From an uncultured bacterium (lineage in GTDB: Bacteria; Chloroflexota; UBA5177; JANWHV01), in assembly GCA_963827235.1 (NCBI GenBank), contig CAWHAE010000014.1, forward strand, positions 256,001 through 320,000: a stretch of 64,000 bases of DNA, written 5' to 3'. Both the position numbers and the translations under genes were made by a program. The first letter of the stretch is position 1. Every line of letters starts with the position of its first letter. Below, one piece after another: positions 21,611 through 31,906 of this stretch. A model generated the notes under the pieces. The model worked only from the letters and a program-made list of their open reading frames with translations, was not told the origin of the DNA and searched no databases.

Positions 21611-21657
21611 TTGGTGCTTGTATAATACAACTAAATGCGTGTACCCTGCAAGCAATA
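21611..21657. promoter_or_regulatory. Candidate MarR operator palindromes between divergent USP and MarR genes
   Basis: TTGTATAATACAA and TGCGTGTACCCTGCAAGCA in an AT-rich spacer. Confidence 0.5.
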
Positions 21658-21731
21658 CTTTCGGCGATCCGACTGGTAGTGAACGGCGTTACGAAGTTGT
21701 CACGGCAGCGCGAGCGTGAGGATTCAGGGAT

Positions 21732-22277
21732 GTGAGGGACGTGCAACACCTTGCCGATCCCGTCGAGGTGGTGGCCCACGAGCTCGCGGTGGTCGTACGG
21801 CGCGCCGAGTCGGCGCGACTGCGGGCCCAGCCGCTCGATCGGTCCGCCTATCTGCTTCTGGACGCCGTGGTGGAGAGCGAAGCCCCGGCGCTCGGCTCCC
21901 TGGCGGATCTCTTCCAGCTCGATCTCTCCACGGTCAGCCGGCAGGTTGCGACGCTGGAAGCCAAAGGCCTGGTGGAGCGGGGCGCCGACCCCGGTGATGG
22001 TCGTGTGACCCAGCTGAGCATCACTCGGGAAGGCTCGAGCCAGCTGCAGATTACTCGCGCCGCCCGGCACGACTTCTTTACCAAGCTCCTTGCCGACTGG
22101 AGTGACGAGGACATCCGCTCGCTTGGCGAGGCCCTCCATCACCTGAACCTGTGCATGGCTCGCCTTGGCAAGCTGCCGGTCTCGCTCTCGGCACCCTCTC
22201 GGCGCCGGCGAAAGATTCCGCGTTCCCGAACAACCGCCTCCGGCTCGCCGCCGCCCCGCTCACAGGCGGCTCGGTGA
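21732..22277 (+). CDS. MarR family regulator
   Basis: LDLSTVSRQVATLEAKGLVER..DPGDGR. Confidence 0.88.
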   Translation: MRDVQHLADPVEVVAHELAVVVRRAESARLRAQPLDRSAYLLLDAVVESEAPALGSLADLFQLDLSTVSRQVATLEAKGLVERGADPGDGRVTQLSITREGSSQLQITRAARHDFFTKLLADWSDEDIRSLGEALHHLNLCMARLGKLPVSLSAPSRRRRKIPRSRTTASGSPPPRSQAAR

Positions 22278-22392
22278 CCCGGGTACTCCGGTGCTCCATA
22301 CGGCGGGTATTATAAAACGTGGGTGGACGGCCGGCATCGCGGAGCCGGTCGGAACGTGACGCGCGCGCCAGACCAGTGGAAGGATTGACCAC

Positions 22393-23217
22393 ATGGCTCT
22401 GCAGGAACCATTCCCGAGCCTGGACGAGATACTCACCAGCATCGGACAGGCCGGATTGCGTGCGAGCGACATCGAGGCAAGCGAGGGCGCCGCGGGCAAT
22501 ATCTCGATCTGCGCCGGCTGGCCTCTCGAGGTGCGCCGCCATTTCCCGCTCGTGGAGCAGATCGAGCTGCCCGAAGCGGCACCGGCCCTGGCCGGGCACG
22601 TGCTTATCGTCACCGGGTCGGGGCGGCGTCTCCGCGATCTGCATACGGATCCGGTAGCGAACTTGGGCGCCGTGGTCGTCGACGCGCAAGGTCGCGGCGC
22701 GAAGCTCTATACCTCCACTCGACGCTTGTTCGAGACCTTGACCAGCGAGTTCAACTCTCACCTGGCGGTTCATGATGCACTGGTCGCCCAGACCGGCACC
22801 AACTTCCACGCCTTGGTCCACGCGCAGCCGCCGCATCTCGTCTATCTGAGCCATGTCGCAGCCTATCGCGACCAGGCCGTGCTCAACCAGAGGCTGCTGC
22901 GCTGGGAGCCGGAGACCATCGTCAACCTTCCCGAAGGGATCGGAGTGCTGCCGTTCATGCTGCCGGGATCCGCGGACCTCATGAAGGCCAATGTGGCCAA
23001 GCTGCTTGAGCATCGAATCGTCCTCTGGAGCAAACACGGCGTCATGGCCAGATCCGACCTCTCAGTGACGCGCGCTGCGGACCGCATCGACTATGCCGAG
23101 TCGGCCGCACGCTTCGAGTACATGGACCTCGCCTCGGGAGGCAGGGCGGATGGCCTGACAGGCGAAGAGCTGCAGGCAGTCGTGAAGGCGTTCAAAGTCA
23201 ACACGACGCTCGTCTGA
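22393..23217 (+). CDS. rhaD: Class II aldolase, rhamnulose-1-phosphate aldolase-like
   Basis: EGAAGNIS, VTGSG, TSEFNSHL, VHAQP, WSKHG. Confidence 0.8.
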   Translation: MALQEPFPSLDEILTSIGQAGLRASDIEASEGAAGNISICAGWPLEVRRHFPLVEQIELPEAAPALAGHVLIVTGSGRRLRDLHTDPVANLGAVVVDAQGRGAKLYTSTRRLFETLTSEFNSHLAVHDALVAQTGTNFHALVHAQPPHLVYLSHVAAYRDQAVLNQRLLRWEPETIVNLPEGIGVLPFMLPGSADLMKANVAKLLEHRIVLWSKHGVMARSDLSVTRAADRIDYAESAARFEYMDLASGGRADGLTGEELQAVVKAFKVNTTLV

Positions 23218-23249
23218 GATCGCTTCCGGTACCGGGCACCTGTTTCACA

Positions 23250-24083
23250 CTAACGGCCGCAGGAGCCGCTCGTCTCAGCGACGTACACCGCGCAGGGCAC
23301 GCGGCGCAGCTCGTCCAACTCCTCTTGGGGCGCTGCGCAGTCTGTAATCAGGGCGTCTATGCTCTCGATTCCCGTCACGCGGTGCACGGCCACGCGGCCG
23401 AGCTTGCTGCTGTCCGCCAGTACGAGCACGCGATCGGCGCGGCTCAGGATGCTGCGCTTGAGCGCCGCTTCGCCGGCGTGCGCCTCCATCAGCCCGAGCC
23501 GGTGATGGATGGCCCGCGCCGACATCAGCACCGTGTTGACCGCCATATGCCCCAGCATCTCCTCGGCCAGTGGACCTCCAAAGGACCGTGAGGAATGCCG
23601 GAACTCGCCCCCGACGACCATCAGCCGCGCGCCCGGCAGTCGAGATACCTCGACCGCGGCGGGCAATGAGGTCACCACGACGTCGCCCGTCCAGTCGGTC
23701 GGCAGCAGCCCGACCAGCGCCAGTACCGTGGTCGATGCATCGAGGTACAGACTCTCGCCCTGTCGGAGCAGTCCGAGAGCCAGATGCGCGATCGCCGTCT
23801 TCGCGGTTGAGTGCTGGCTCTGCCGCGACAGAAATGCGGGCTCGCTCAGATTCAAGGCGTCGCGCGTCACGGCGCCGCCGTGCGTGCGCCGAACCAATCC
23901 CTTGCGCTCCAAGCGTGCCAGGTCGCGGCGGATCGTTTGCTCGGACACCCCGAACCGCCTCGCCAGATCGTCCAGCGCTACCGCGTCCGTGGCAGCAAGC
24001 AGTGCCGCGACCTGAAGCTGCCGTTGTTCAGGCAGGAGACGCGATTCATCGGCCACCCGCGGCCCTCCGCTCCCGAGGATCAT
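23250..24083 (-). CDS. DeoR/GlpR transcriptional regulator
   Basis: FGVSEQTIRRDL, RTHGGA, LDASTT, LADSSK. Confidence 0.9.
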   Translation of the reverse strand: MILGSGGPRVADESRLLPEQRQLQVAALLAATDAVALDDLARRFGVSEQTIRRDLARLERKGLVRRTHGGAVTRDALNLSEPAFLSRQSQHSTAKTAIAHLALGLLRQGESLYLDASTTVLALVGLLPTDWTGDVVVTSLPAAVEVSRLPGARLMVVGGEFRHSSRSFGGPLAEEMLGHMAVNTVLMSARAIHHRLGLMEAHAGEAALKRSILSRADRVLVLADSSKLGRVAVHRVTGIESIDALITDCAAPQEELDELRRVPCAVYVAETSGSCGR

Positions 24084-24126
24084 GTCATGCTACCGCGCCT
24101 TAGTCAGTCGGCATTATACCAACTTG

Positions 24127-24171
24127 CGACAGGAGTTGACATCAAGTTACGAATTGTTACAGATCTTGACG
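24127..24171. promoter_or_regulatory. Five-unit 10-bp periodic TkACR array upstream of the DeoR gene
   Basis: CGACA/TTGACA/TTACG/TTACA/TTGACG ending at 24131, 24141, 24151, 24161, 24171. Confidence 0.6.
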
Positions 24172-24341
24172 CCCGAAACTCGGCCGCGGCAACCTCCCGG
24201 ACGACAAGGCCCTCCAACCATGCGGCAGATTCTGAAGATGGAGGAGGGACAATGGCTTGCGCACGGCGGGCACGATACTCCGTGCTCGGCGAATGGCACA
24301 GATTGGGATCCTGCGGGTATCCTCTTGACGGGAGGACTGCC

Positions 24342-25628
24342 ATGAACGATGACGCACACGTGGACTCGAACGTACCGGGCAATCCGGCGTATCACTTCGG
24401 GGTGGTGCCTCCCGGGACCGAGGTCTCCGCCGGCTGGAAAGAGCGGACCGCTCTCCTGCACGATGCCCAGGTCGCCACGCAGTGCGTGCACGTGGGCGCC
24501 TTTCCAGACCCCGCGTTCGGCTCAGTCGCCGCACCCATCTATCAGACGTCCACCTTCGCCTTCAACGACCTCTGTACCAACGCTGGATTCGACTACACGC
24601 GCAGCGGCAATCCCACGCGCGCCAGGCTGGAGGACGCCATCACCCGGCTCGAGGGCGGCTCCGGCGCCGCCTGCACCGCCAGCGGCATGGCCGCCGTGCT
24701 GTTGGCGCTCAATCTGCTGGAAGCCGGCAGCCATGTTCTGTGCACGGTGGACTGTTATGGCGGCACCTTCCGCACTCTCGAGCACGGCAGGCTCGCCAAC
24801 AGCCTGTCCGTCGACTACCTCGACCTGGCGGACCCGGCCGCCCTGGCCCGAGCCATGCGCCACGGAACGCGCATGGTGTGGATCGAGACTCCGTCCAACC
24901 CATTGCTCAGGCTGACGGATATCGCCGCGGTGGCACGCGTGGCCCGGCAGTCAGGCGCGCTGGTAGTGGTGGACAATACCTTCCTTGGACCCATCCTGCA
25001 GCGGCCGTTCGAGCTGGGCGCTGACTTGGTCGTGCACAGCACGACCAAGTACCTCAACGGCCACAGCGACGTCGTTGGAGGTGCAGTCGTGGCCGGTCCC
25101 GGGCGCGAGGCGCTGGCCCAGCGCATCGCCTCGCTGAACAATCTGATGGGGACCGGCCAGAGTCCACACGACTGCTTCCTCGTCCTGCGAGGAATCAAGA
25201 CGCTCGCCCTGCGCATGGCCGCTCACGAGGCAAACGCCCAGGCGGTGGCATCGTTCTTGAAGGACCACGCCGCCGTGGCGAAGGTCAACTATCCCGGCCT
25301 GCCGGACCATCCGCAGCATGCGTTGGCAAGTTGCCAGCAAAAGGGATTCGGCGCCATGGTCAGCTTCGAGCTGCTCGACAGCGCACGCGATTCGGTAGAC
25401 AATGTGCTGCGATCGTTGCGTTGGTTCACGCTGGCCGAGAGCCTGGGCGGCGTGGAAAGCCTGGTGTCGCACCCGGCCAGTATGACGCACGCCTCCATGA
25501 CGCCCGCCGCGCGAGCCCGAGCCGGGATCTCGGACGGGCTCATCCGGCTCAGCGTGGGCATCGAAGACCGGCGCGATCTGATCGAGGACCTGAGGCAGGC
25601 CCTGCCAAATCCTTCGGCTTCGCGCTAG
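24342..25628 (+). CDS. metB: Cys/Met metabolism PLP enzyme (cystathionine gamma-synthase/lyase)
   Basis: YTRSGNPT, SGMAA, ETPSNP, VDNTF, STTKYLNGHSD, AESLGGVESL; GGAGG RBS. Confidence 0.85.
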   Translation: MNDDAHVDSNVPGNPAYHFGVVPPGTEVSAGWKERTALLHDAQVATQCVHVGAFPDPAFGSVAAPIYQTSTFAFNDLCTNAGFDYTRSGNPTRARLEDAITRLEGGSGAACTASGMAAVLLALNLLEAGSHVLCTVDCYGGTFRTLEHGRLANSLSVDYLDLADPAALARAMRHGTRMVWIETPSNPLLRLTDIAAVARVARQSGALVVVDNTFLGPILQRPFELGADLVVHSTTKYLNGHSDVVGGAVVAGPGREALAQRIASLNNLMGTGQSPHDCFLVLRGIKTLALRMAAHEANAQAVASFLKDHAAVAKVNYPGLPDHPQHALASCQQKGFGAMVSFELLDSARDSVDNVLRSLRWFTLAESLGGVESLVSHPASMTHASMTPAARARAGISDGLIRLSVGIEDRRDLIEDLRQALPNPSASR

Positions 25629-25675
25629 CGAGCCGTTCGGCACGCTCATCGCCGCGGATCCCGTCACAGAAGCCA

Positions 25676-26062
25676 TCATTCCTCAGGCGGCTCGTCCTCC
25701 AATGCCTCCAGCTCGCTGTCCGACATGCCGAACTGGTGTGCGACCTCGTGCAGCACGGTCTCGCGGATCTCGGCGCGAAGCTCCGGCAACGAGCGGCAGT
25801 GCCGTTCGTGAGGGCCCTGGAAGATGGTGATGCACGGCGGCAGAGCGGGATCGAAACCATCCGTACCCGCGGTCAGCGGCACGCCCTCGTAGAGCCCGAG
25901 AATGGGACCGTCGCGGGCCAGTGTCGCGGCGTCCGGCTCGTCCTCCACCACGACCACCACGTCTGCCAGCATCGACGCAAAAGGATCGGGAATGGAGTCC
26001 AGCGCGCGCCCCACCTCGCGCTCGAACGCCTCTCGACTGAGCCTAGTCCCCCGGCGACGCAC
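25676..26062 (-). CDS. Minimal zincin metallopeptidase family protein
   Basis: LGLYEG, ITIF, TVLHEVAHQFG. Confidence 0.85.
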   Translation of the reverse strand: MRRRGTRLSREAFEREVGRALDSIPDPFASMLADVVVVVEDEPDAATLARDGPILGLYEGVPLTAGTDGFDPALPPCITIFQGPHERHCRSLPELRAEIRETVLHEVAHQFGMSDSELEALEDEPPEE

Positions 26063-26093
26063 CGCCTATACCCCCAGAATGCGCATCACACCC

Positions 26094-26987
26094 TCAGCTG
26101 GCGGCAACGCCGTATGCCTGCAGAGTCCTCAGTGCGTCGAGCGTCACGATGCCGCGCCACTCGATCTCGCAGGCCGAGCTCACAGGCTCCCAGATGATCG
26201 GCCAGCCGCCGTCGTCCCGTTGCCTGGCCGCCAGGGCGCGCAGGTGCTCGGCGATCACCGCGTCGTCGAAAAGCGAACGGCACAGGCACTCCGGTGCAGG
26301 CGCGAAGTCCAGTGGCCGCTTGACGTAGCCTTCCCCCGGCAGGTCCGCCGCCACTAGATGATGCTCGGCAATGGCTCGAGCGAGGCGCGCAAAGGCTGTC
26401 TCGGCACGCTGCCGATCGGGCACACGGTCCAGGAAGGCAAGCGCCGCCAGCACGTCGTGCACGTCGGTCAGATCCGTCGTCTCGAGAATCCGCCAGCAAT
26501 ACGCCGTCGCTCGATCCAGCCACGGATGGGAGACGCCCACCTGACAGAGCAGGCCCGCTACGCTGGCCGTCGGATTGATCGACGCTGGTGGATTGTCTGC
26601 CGTGTTCCACCACGGCGCGTGCGGATAGGCGCGCACGCTTGGCAAGACGAACGGTATGCCGCCTTCGCTCGTGGTGATCGTGCTCAAGTACTCGCAGAGC
26701 CGTCGCGTGACCTGCCCGTCGTCACCGACCTCGGCAAGCACACGCAGGGCCATCTCCGCGTCAACCGGTTGGCTATCGGGACAGCGCTTGTCGGGCTCCA
26801 GGGCATTGCCGAAGCCGCCGTCGGCGTTCCGGTAGGCCACGAGTGCCGCGATTACCTTCTCCCGTGAGCCGTGTGCGTAGCGGAAGGAAAACAGAGCGCG
26901 CTCCAGCAAGCGGGCATTACGCCAGATGAAGTCTGCGGCGCGCGCCATGATACGTGCGCCCTCCATGTCGACGAGCGGCGTATTCAT
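26094..26987 (-). CDS. Hypothetical protein, prenyltransferase/squalene oxidase repeat-like
   Basis: YRNADGGFGNALEPD, QRDDGGWP. Confidence 0.75.
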   Translation of the reverse strand: MNTPLVDMEGARIMARAADFIWRNARLLERALFSFRYAHGSREKVIAALVAYRNADGGFGNALEPDKRCPDSQPVDAEMALRVLAEVGDDGQVTRRLCEYLSTITTSEGGIPFVLPSVRAYPHAPWWNTADNPPASINPTASVAGLLCQVGVSHPWLDRATAYCWRILETTDLTDVHDVLAALAFLDRVPDRQRAETAFARLARAIAEHHLVAADLPGEGYVKRPLDFAPAPECLCRSLFDDAVIAEHLRALAARQRDDGGWPIIWEPVSSACEIEWRGIVTLDALRTLQAYGVAAS

Positions 26988-27114
26988 CGAATCCTCCTGC
27001 GGACGGTGCCAGTCTCACGCTTGCTGCCTGCTTGCCGTCCAGAATCGATCATACGAGTCCCGGGCGCCGGATCAAGTGCGGCATCCGCATATCGCCAAAC
27101 GTGAAGCGGCACCG

Positions 27115-27312
27115 CTAGGAGCAGTAGACACGAAGCATCCGCCCAGGCTGCCGACGCGCGACCGTGAGCAGGTGGGTGCTGGCGTCGAGCATGTTAGGCT
27201 CGCTATCCACGCGCGCCACGGCGTCCAGGATCTGCCCGTGCCGCCGCTCGTCTTGCCGGCGCAGATCGAAAGCGGGCAGGGGCCGGCCGGGACCTTCCAC
27301 GGCAAGCCGCAA
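27115..27312 (-). pseudogene. C-terminal remnant of a class I SAM-dependent methyltransferase
   Basis: VEGP...LDAVARVDSEPNMLDASTHLLTVAR resembles a methyltransferase C-terminus; no N-terminal part. Confidence 0.5.
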
Positions 27313-27333
27313 TGCCGGGCCGCCGCAACGGCG

Positions 27334-28983
27334 TCACTCGTCCGCCATACCCGGACCCACCACTGCTTCCACGAGCCGCGGGCCCGGTGCGGCGATCGCA
27401 CTCCGGAGAGCCTCGCGAAGCGCATCCGGATCGGTGGCCACGACCGCGGGCACACCGTATGCCCTGGCAATCGCCGCCGTGTCGAGCCCCGGCAGATCGA
27501 GCCCCGGGGCGCCGGTGCAATCGCCGAGATCGCCGAACCACTTGAGAATGGCATACTCACTGTTCCGCAGCACGAGAATGGTGAGCGGATCGCCGAGATG
27601 CGCCGCAGTCCACAACGCCTGAATGGCATACTGCGCGGAACCATCGCCCAGGACGCAGACCACCGGCCGCTCAGGCCGTGCAAGCTTCACGCCGATCGCT
27701 GCCGGCAGACCGAAGCCCAGTCCGTTCCCGGCGTTGAAGAAGTAGCTCCCCGGTCCCGAAAGCCTGATACGTCGCCGCAGGGTGGTCGTCACGGAAGGCG
27801 CCTCGGACACCAGAATGCCGTCCTCGGGAAACAGCTCAGCCAGTACGGCTACTACCGAGGTACCGCTCATCGGCTCCAAGTGCGGCGGCTCGGGTGCCGG
27901 TGTCCTCGATTCCGGCGCGGGTCGACCAAGCGCCTCCCCGAGGTCGTCCAGTAACATTTCCAGTGCTAGGCCGACATCGGCCACGATGGCGTCGCCCATT
28001 GGCGCCCGTGCCGCCGCGTCCGCGTCGTCGGTGATTGCCACCAGCGCGGCACCATCAGGCAGAAGTGGCCCGGGGACGTAGGGGTAGTAGGAAAATACGG
28101 GGGCGCCGACCACCACGACGAGGTCGTGTCCCTCGAGAGCCTGGCTCAGAGTGCCTATGCCCGGCGGCAGGATGCCCCGGAAGTGCGGATGGTGCTCGGG
28201 GAAACCCAGGCGCCGACCGCCTATGGCCGGGCTTGCCCACACCGGCAGCCGCTGGCGCTCGGCCAATTCCACCGCCAGGTTCCACGCCCCGGCCGCGTCG
28301 ATGTCAGGCCCGGCGACCAACACCGGCCGCGCTGCGGATTGCAACCGTTCCCTCAAGGCGCGGATTGCTGCCGGATCCGGGCCTGCACGCCCGCTGATCG
28401 ACCGGGACAGTAGATGCTCGGCAGCCCGTCGATCGACCGGCGCCATCCAGTCATCCATGGGTATGGAAAGGAATACAGGCCCCTGCGGCGGCAGCATCGC
28501 CACCTGCACTGCGCGAACCAGTGCGTGCGGCACGTCTTCGGCTCGCGGCGGCTCGTAACTCCACTTGACGCGCGCCGCCGGCACAACGGCGGCGTCACGG
28601 TTCGTGAGGTTGGCTTGCAGGGTGATCATGGCGCGCACCTGCTGGCCGGCGGTAACCACCAGGGGCGTGTGATTGGCCTGCGCGCCGTAGATCGCGCCCA
28701 TGGCGTTGCCCACCCCCGGTGCGGTGTGCAGGTTGACCAGGGCCGGCCGGCCGCTGGCCTGCGCATAGCCGTCGGCCATTCCCACCACTGTGGCCTCTTG
28801 CAGGCCCAGCACATAGCGGAAATCTGCCGGCAGCCCGGCCAAAAACGGAAGCTCGGTCGATCCGGGATTGCCGAACACCGTGGTCATGCCTTGCCGGCGC
28901 AAGAACTCATAGCACACGTCGCGCACGCTAACCGCCGGTCCTGCAGCACCGATCTCCATGCGCGCCGCTTCTCGCCTCTCCAT
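27334..28983 (-). CDS. mdlC: Benzoylformate decarboxylase (TPP-dependent)
   Basis: VFGNPGSTELPFL, GLQEA..GMADGYAQ, GDGSAQY, NSEYAIL. Confidence 0.88.
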   Translation of the reverse strand: MERREAARMEIGAAGPAVSVRDVCYEFLRRQGMTTVFGNPGSTELPFLAGLPADFRYVLGLQEATVVGMADGYAQASGRPALVNLHTAPGVGNAMGAIYGAQANHTPLVVTAGQQVRAMITLQANLTNRDAAVVPAARVKWSYEPPRAEDVPHALVRAVQVAMLPPQGPVFLSIPMDDWMAPVDRRAAEHLLSRSISGRAGPDPAAIRALRERLQSAARPVLVAGPDIDAAGAWNLAVELAERQRLPVWASPAIGGRRLGFPEHHPHFRGILPPGIGTLSQALEGHDLVVVVGAPVFSYYPYVPGPLLPDGAALVAITDDADAAARAPMGDAIVADVGLALEMLLDDLGEALGRPAPESRTPAPEPPHLEPMSGTSVVAVLAELFPEDGILVSEAPSVTTTLRRRIRLSGPGSYFFNAGNGLGFGLPAAIGVKLARPERPVVCVLGDGSAQYAIQALWTAAHLGDPLTILVLRNSEYAILKWFGDLGDCTGAPGLDLPGLDTAAIARAYGVPAVVATDPDALREALRSAIAAPGPRLVEAVVGPGMADE

Positions 28984-29440
28984 GCCTGGTCACTCCGTTT
29001 CTCAACCGCCCAATCGGGAACGGCACTCTGTCCCGACTTGACCCGCTGCCGCCCGCGGGGGCGCGGCGACGTAGCATGCTCCCGGCGGAGCGACCGCGTG
29101 CCGCGCGGACCTGCCAGGCGTCCCGACTGTCGTCCCCAAGGGTACCGCGCGAGCGCCCAACACAGGCCGCGATGCCAGTGACAAGACTTGACGCCAGGGT
29201 ATGGTCCCTGTGGTCGCTGCCGACCGCGGCTGCGGCGGCCGGCTGACCGCGAAGCTTGCTACTGAACTCGGCGGGCGACCCTGGCGCCGACCGAGGGCAG
29301 CCCCGTAACCGCGGTCGCTGCTGCCGCGCGCCGCCGGACGGCCACGCGCTGTCGAGCCCGGTCGAACATTGGGGTGTAGCCAGCTGTTATAGTCGGGACT
29401 GTCCGGCTCGTGGCACAATGCTTCGGGGGTGCTGCAAGCC

Positions 29441-30781
29441 ATGGCAACTGAAAAGCTGGCTCGCGACGAGATGTCCGGCGGCCCGGGCGGCGAAGGAGTT
29501 CCTCCGCCGCTGAGCCCCGGTACCCGGCTCTGGCGCAACCGGAACTTCAATGTCTTCTGGCTCGGCCAGACCCTCTCGGGACTGGGCGACGCGTTCGCCA
29601 TGATCGCCATGCCGCTTCTGGTGCTGCAGGCAACCGGCTCGGTAGCTCAGATGGGCCTGGTGACCGGCACTTACGGCGTGGTACAGCTACTGGCGGGCAT
29701 TTATGCCGGGCTGCTGGTAGACAGGCTGGACCGCCGGCGCCTGATGATCGCCTGCGACTTGGGCCGTTTGCTCGTGTACTCGCTGATCCCCGCCGGCTGG
29801 CTTCTGGCCGGGCCCCAGGTATGGCTGATTTATGTCACGACTGCCCTGGGATCTCTGCTCGGCAACGTCTTCGGCATTGGCTACATCACGGCACTCGCGA
29901 ACCTCGTGGATAGAGACCAGATCATGGACGCCAACTCGCGCATGCAGATCTCGGGCGGGCTGTCGTTCATGGCAGGCCCTATGGTGGCAGGCGTGGCGAT
30001 CGCCATATTCAATCCGTCGTTTGCCATCGGCGTGGACGCCGTTACCTTCCTGATCTCCGCGCTCTCCCTGATGATGGTTCGCCTGCGCCAGGTAGCCGTG
30101 GTCGAAGGGACCGAGACTCGCCGAGCCTACGGCCGCGACGAATTGCTGGCCGGTATTCGGTACCTGGTGCAGCATCCCCTGTTGCGAACGGTGACTATCG
30201 TGCTGGGCGTTACCAATATGGTGTTGATGGGCGGCATGGATCTTTTCGTTTACCGGCTCAAGCACGATCTGCACCAGAGTGCCGGCATGGTTGGCGTCGT
30301 CTTCGGCCTCGCCGGTTTGGGCGCCATCGTGGCCGGAATGCTGACACCGGCCATCCGGCGGCACTTCGGCTTCGGCTCCGCCTGGATCGGCGGACTGCTC
30401 GGCCAGGGAGTGGCCCTGATCGCCTTCGCCATGACGCGCAACATAGCAGCGCTCGTGCTGCTGGCCAATTTCTTCTCCTTCTCCAGCTTGGTCACGAACG
30501 TGGCAAACATGTCGGTGCGCCAGGAGATCACGCCGGACTACCTGTTGGGACGCGTGACCGCGGCCTTCTGGACTATCGCCGGCATCGCCGCCCCCGTCGG
30601 TGCCGCCGTGTCCACGGCCCTGGCCGCGCAGTTCGGTGCGCCGGTCGTTCTGGCCGGCATGGGCATCACCACGGCAGTGATGGCATTGATTTCCATCGGC
30701 ACGCCGGTGAATAGCCGCCGGCCCGAGCTGATCTACGCGCCGCAAGGCGGGGAGATTCTCCAGCGCGACGTCCAGCCGTGA
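29441..30781 (+). CDS. MFS transporter
   Basis: GLLVDRLDRRRLM motif A, multiple transmembrane helices, LLGRV. Confidence 0.9.
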   Translation: MATEKLARDEMSGGPGGEGVPPPLSPGTRLWRNRNFNVFWLGQTLSGLGDAFAMIAMPLLVLQATGSVAQMGLVTGTYGVVQLLAGIYAGLLVDRLDRRRLMIACDLGRLLVYSLIPAGWLLAGPQVWLIYVTTALGSLLGNVFGIGYITALANLVDRDQIMDANSRMQISGGLSFMAGPMVAGVAIAIFNPSFAIGVDAVTFLISALSLMMVRLRQVAVVEGTETRRAYGRDELLAGIRYLVQHPLLRTVTIVLGVTNMVLMGGMDLFVYRLKHDLHQSAGMVGVVFGLAGLGAIVAGMLTPAIRRHFGFGSAWIGGLLGQGVALIAFAMTRNIAALVLLANFFSFSSLVTNVANMSVRQEITPDYLLGRVTAAFWTIAGIAAPVGAAVSTALAAQFGAPVVLAGMGITTAVMALISIGTPVNSRRPELIYAPQGGEILQRDVQP

Positions 30782-31297
30782 GCTCGGGCGCTAAAGATGC
30801 CACCGGGCCGGTAGTCGAGCCCAGGTGGGCACGGGCGGACATGCAGTCACGGCAGCCACCGTCGCTTGGGCGGCCCTTTCCGGCTTGCCACCGACCAGGT
30901 GCACCCCGCACATCGGATGATCAGCGAGGGAAGGATTGCGCGGCGCGCGCCCCGGGGCTCATGTATCGAAGCTCATCGACATCTGGTATGACTTCCGCAG
31001 CCTGGCGATCGCCTCGGTCAACTGCCGCCGAGGTTGCAACAGGCTACCCAGGATGTCCGCCGCCTCCAGGGCCTTTCGCCCTTCCGCAGCACCGCCGCCC
31101 AGCAGGCTGATGCAGGTCAGGAGAGCTGACGCGCTCGCCCGCGAGGCGGTCGCCGAGTCTTGCAACAGCCGAGGCAGGAGAGCCACCCGCCGCAGTGAGT
31201 CGCTCTTCCATCCTGCTTCGACTTGGGGCCGTCTACCCGGTATCTCCGTCCTGTTCCAGTGCTCGTGTCTAGCCGCGGCGTCATGCCAGAGCACGTC

Positions 31298-31888
31298 CTA
31301 TGGCACGATCGAGGGCCCCCTGTTCGCCGCGCGCTTGCTGGCGAGAGGCCTGATCGCCTGTAGGAAATCGTCGGCCGAGTAGAGCCGCTCCGCTTGAAGC
31401 CCGTCGGTTACCGGCGCAAGCGGGTAGAGGAGATCCGAGCCCCCGGCATCCGCCTTGAGCCATATCGCCAGCAGTGGGATAGCTGCGATGCGCAGAAGCC
31501 GGGCTTCGAACGAGCCGGCACGCGCCTCGTTGCCCGACTCCAGCTGGGCAAATGCCTTCGCCGTGGCCTCTACGAATGGGCCGTAATTGATGTTCGCCAC
31601 CAATGAGGCTGCGCCGGAGGCATCGGTTTGCACCTCGGCGGCAGCTACCGGCGTGGCGCCAGCGTTGACAAGATAGCGGTAGCTTGTCAGATGGGCGGAC
31701 TCGAGTCCGCTGCCGCCGGCGATAAGGTCGGCAGGCAGGTCGTATACGGCGTGCGGCCACGCCGTTTGCAGTGCTGCGAAATCTATCCCGCGGCCTGTGA
31801 GCGGGCTGCGTCGGGCTGACACGCGGTGGAGGCCGGCGAGGACCATCGCAGACCCGTTGTGAGGCTCTGTCCCATATCGAAGAGGCAT
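31298..31888 (-). CDS. Hypothetical protein directly downstream of the protease gene
   Basis: 196-aa ORF, strong RBS, 18 bp after the protease stop. Confidence 0.7.
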   Translation of the reverse strand: MPLRYGTEPHNGSAMVLAGLHRVSARRSPLTGRGIDFAALQTAWPHAVYDLPADLIAGGSGLESAHLTSYRYLVNAGATPVAAAEVQTDASGAASLVANINYGPFVEATAKAFAQLESGNEARAGSFEARLLRIAAIPLLAIWLKADAGGSDLLYPLAPVTDGLQAERLYSADDFLQAIRPLASKRAANRGPSIVP

Positions 31889-31906
31889 GGCTTCCTCCCT
31901 TGCCGT

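Noticed and set aside
23811-24341. N-terminal extension of metB in the ORF track
   Set aside because: Overlaps the DeoR gene; the SD-preceded ATG at 24342 is the better start.
30781-31294. Minus-strand 111-aa ORF downstream of the protease partner
   Set aside because: Partly protein-like but no RBS or family; at best a remnant.
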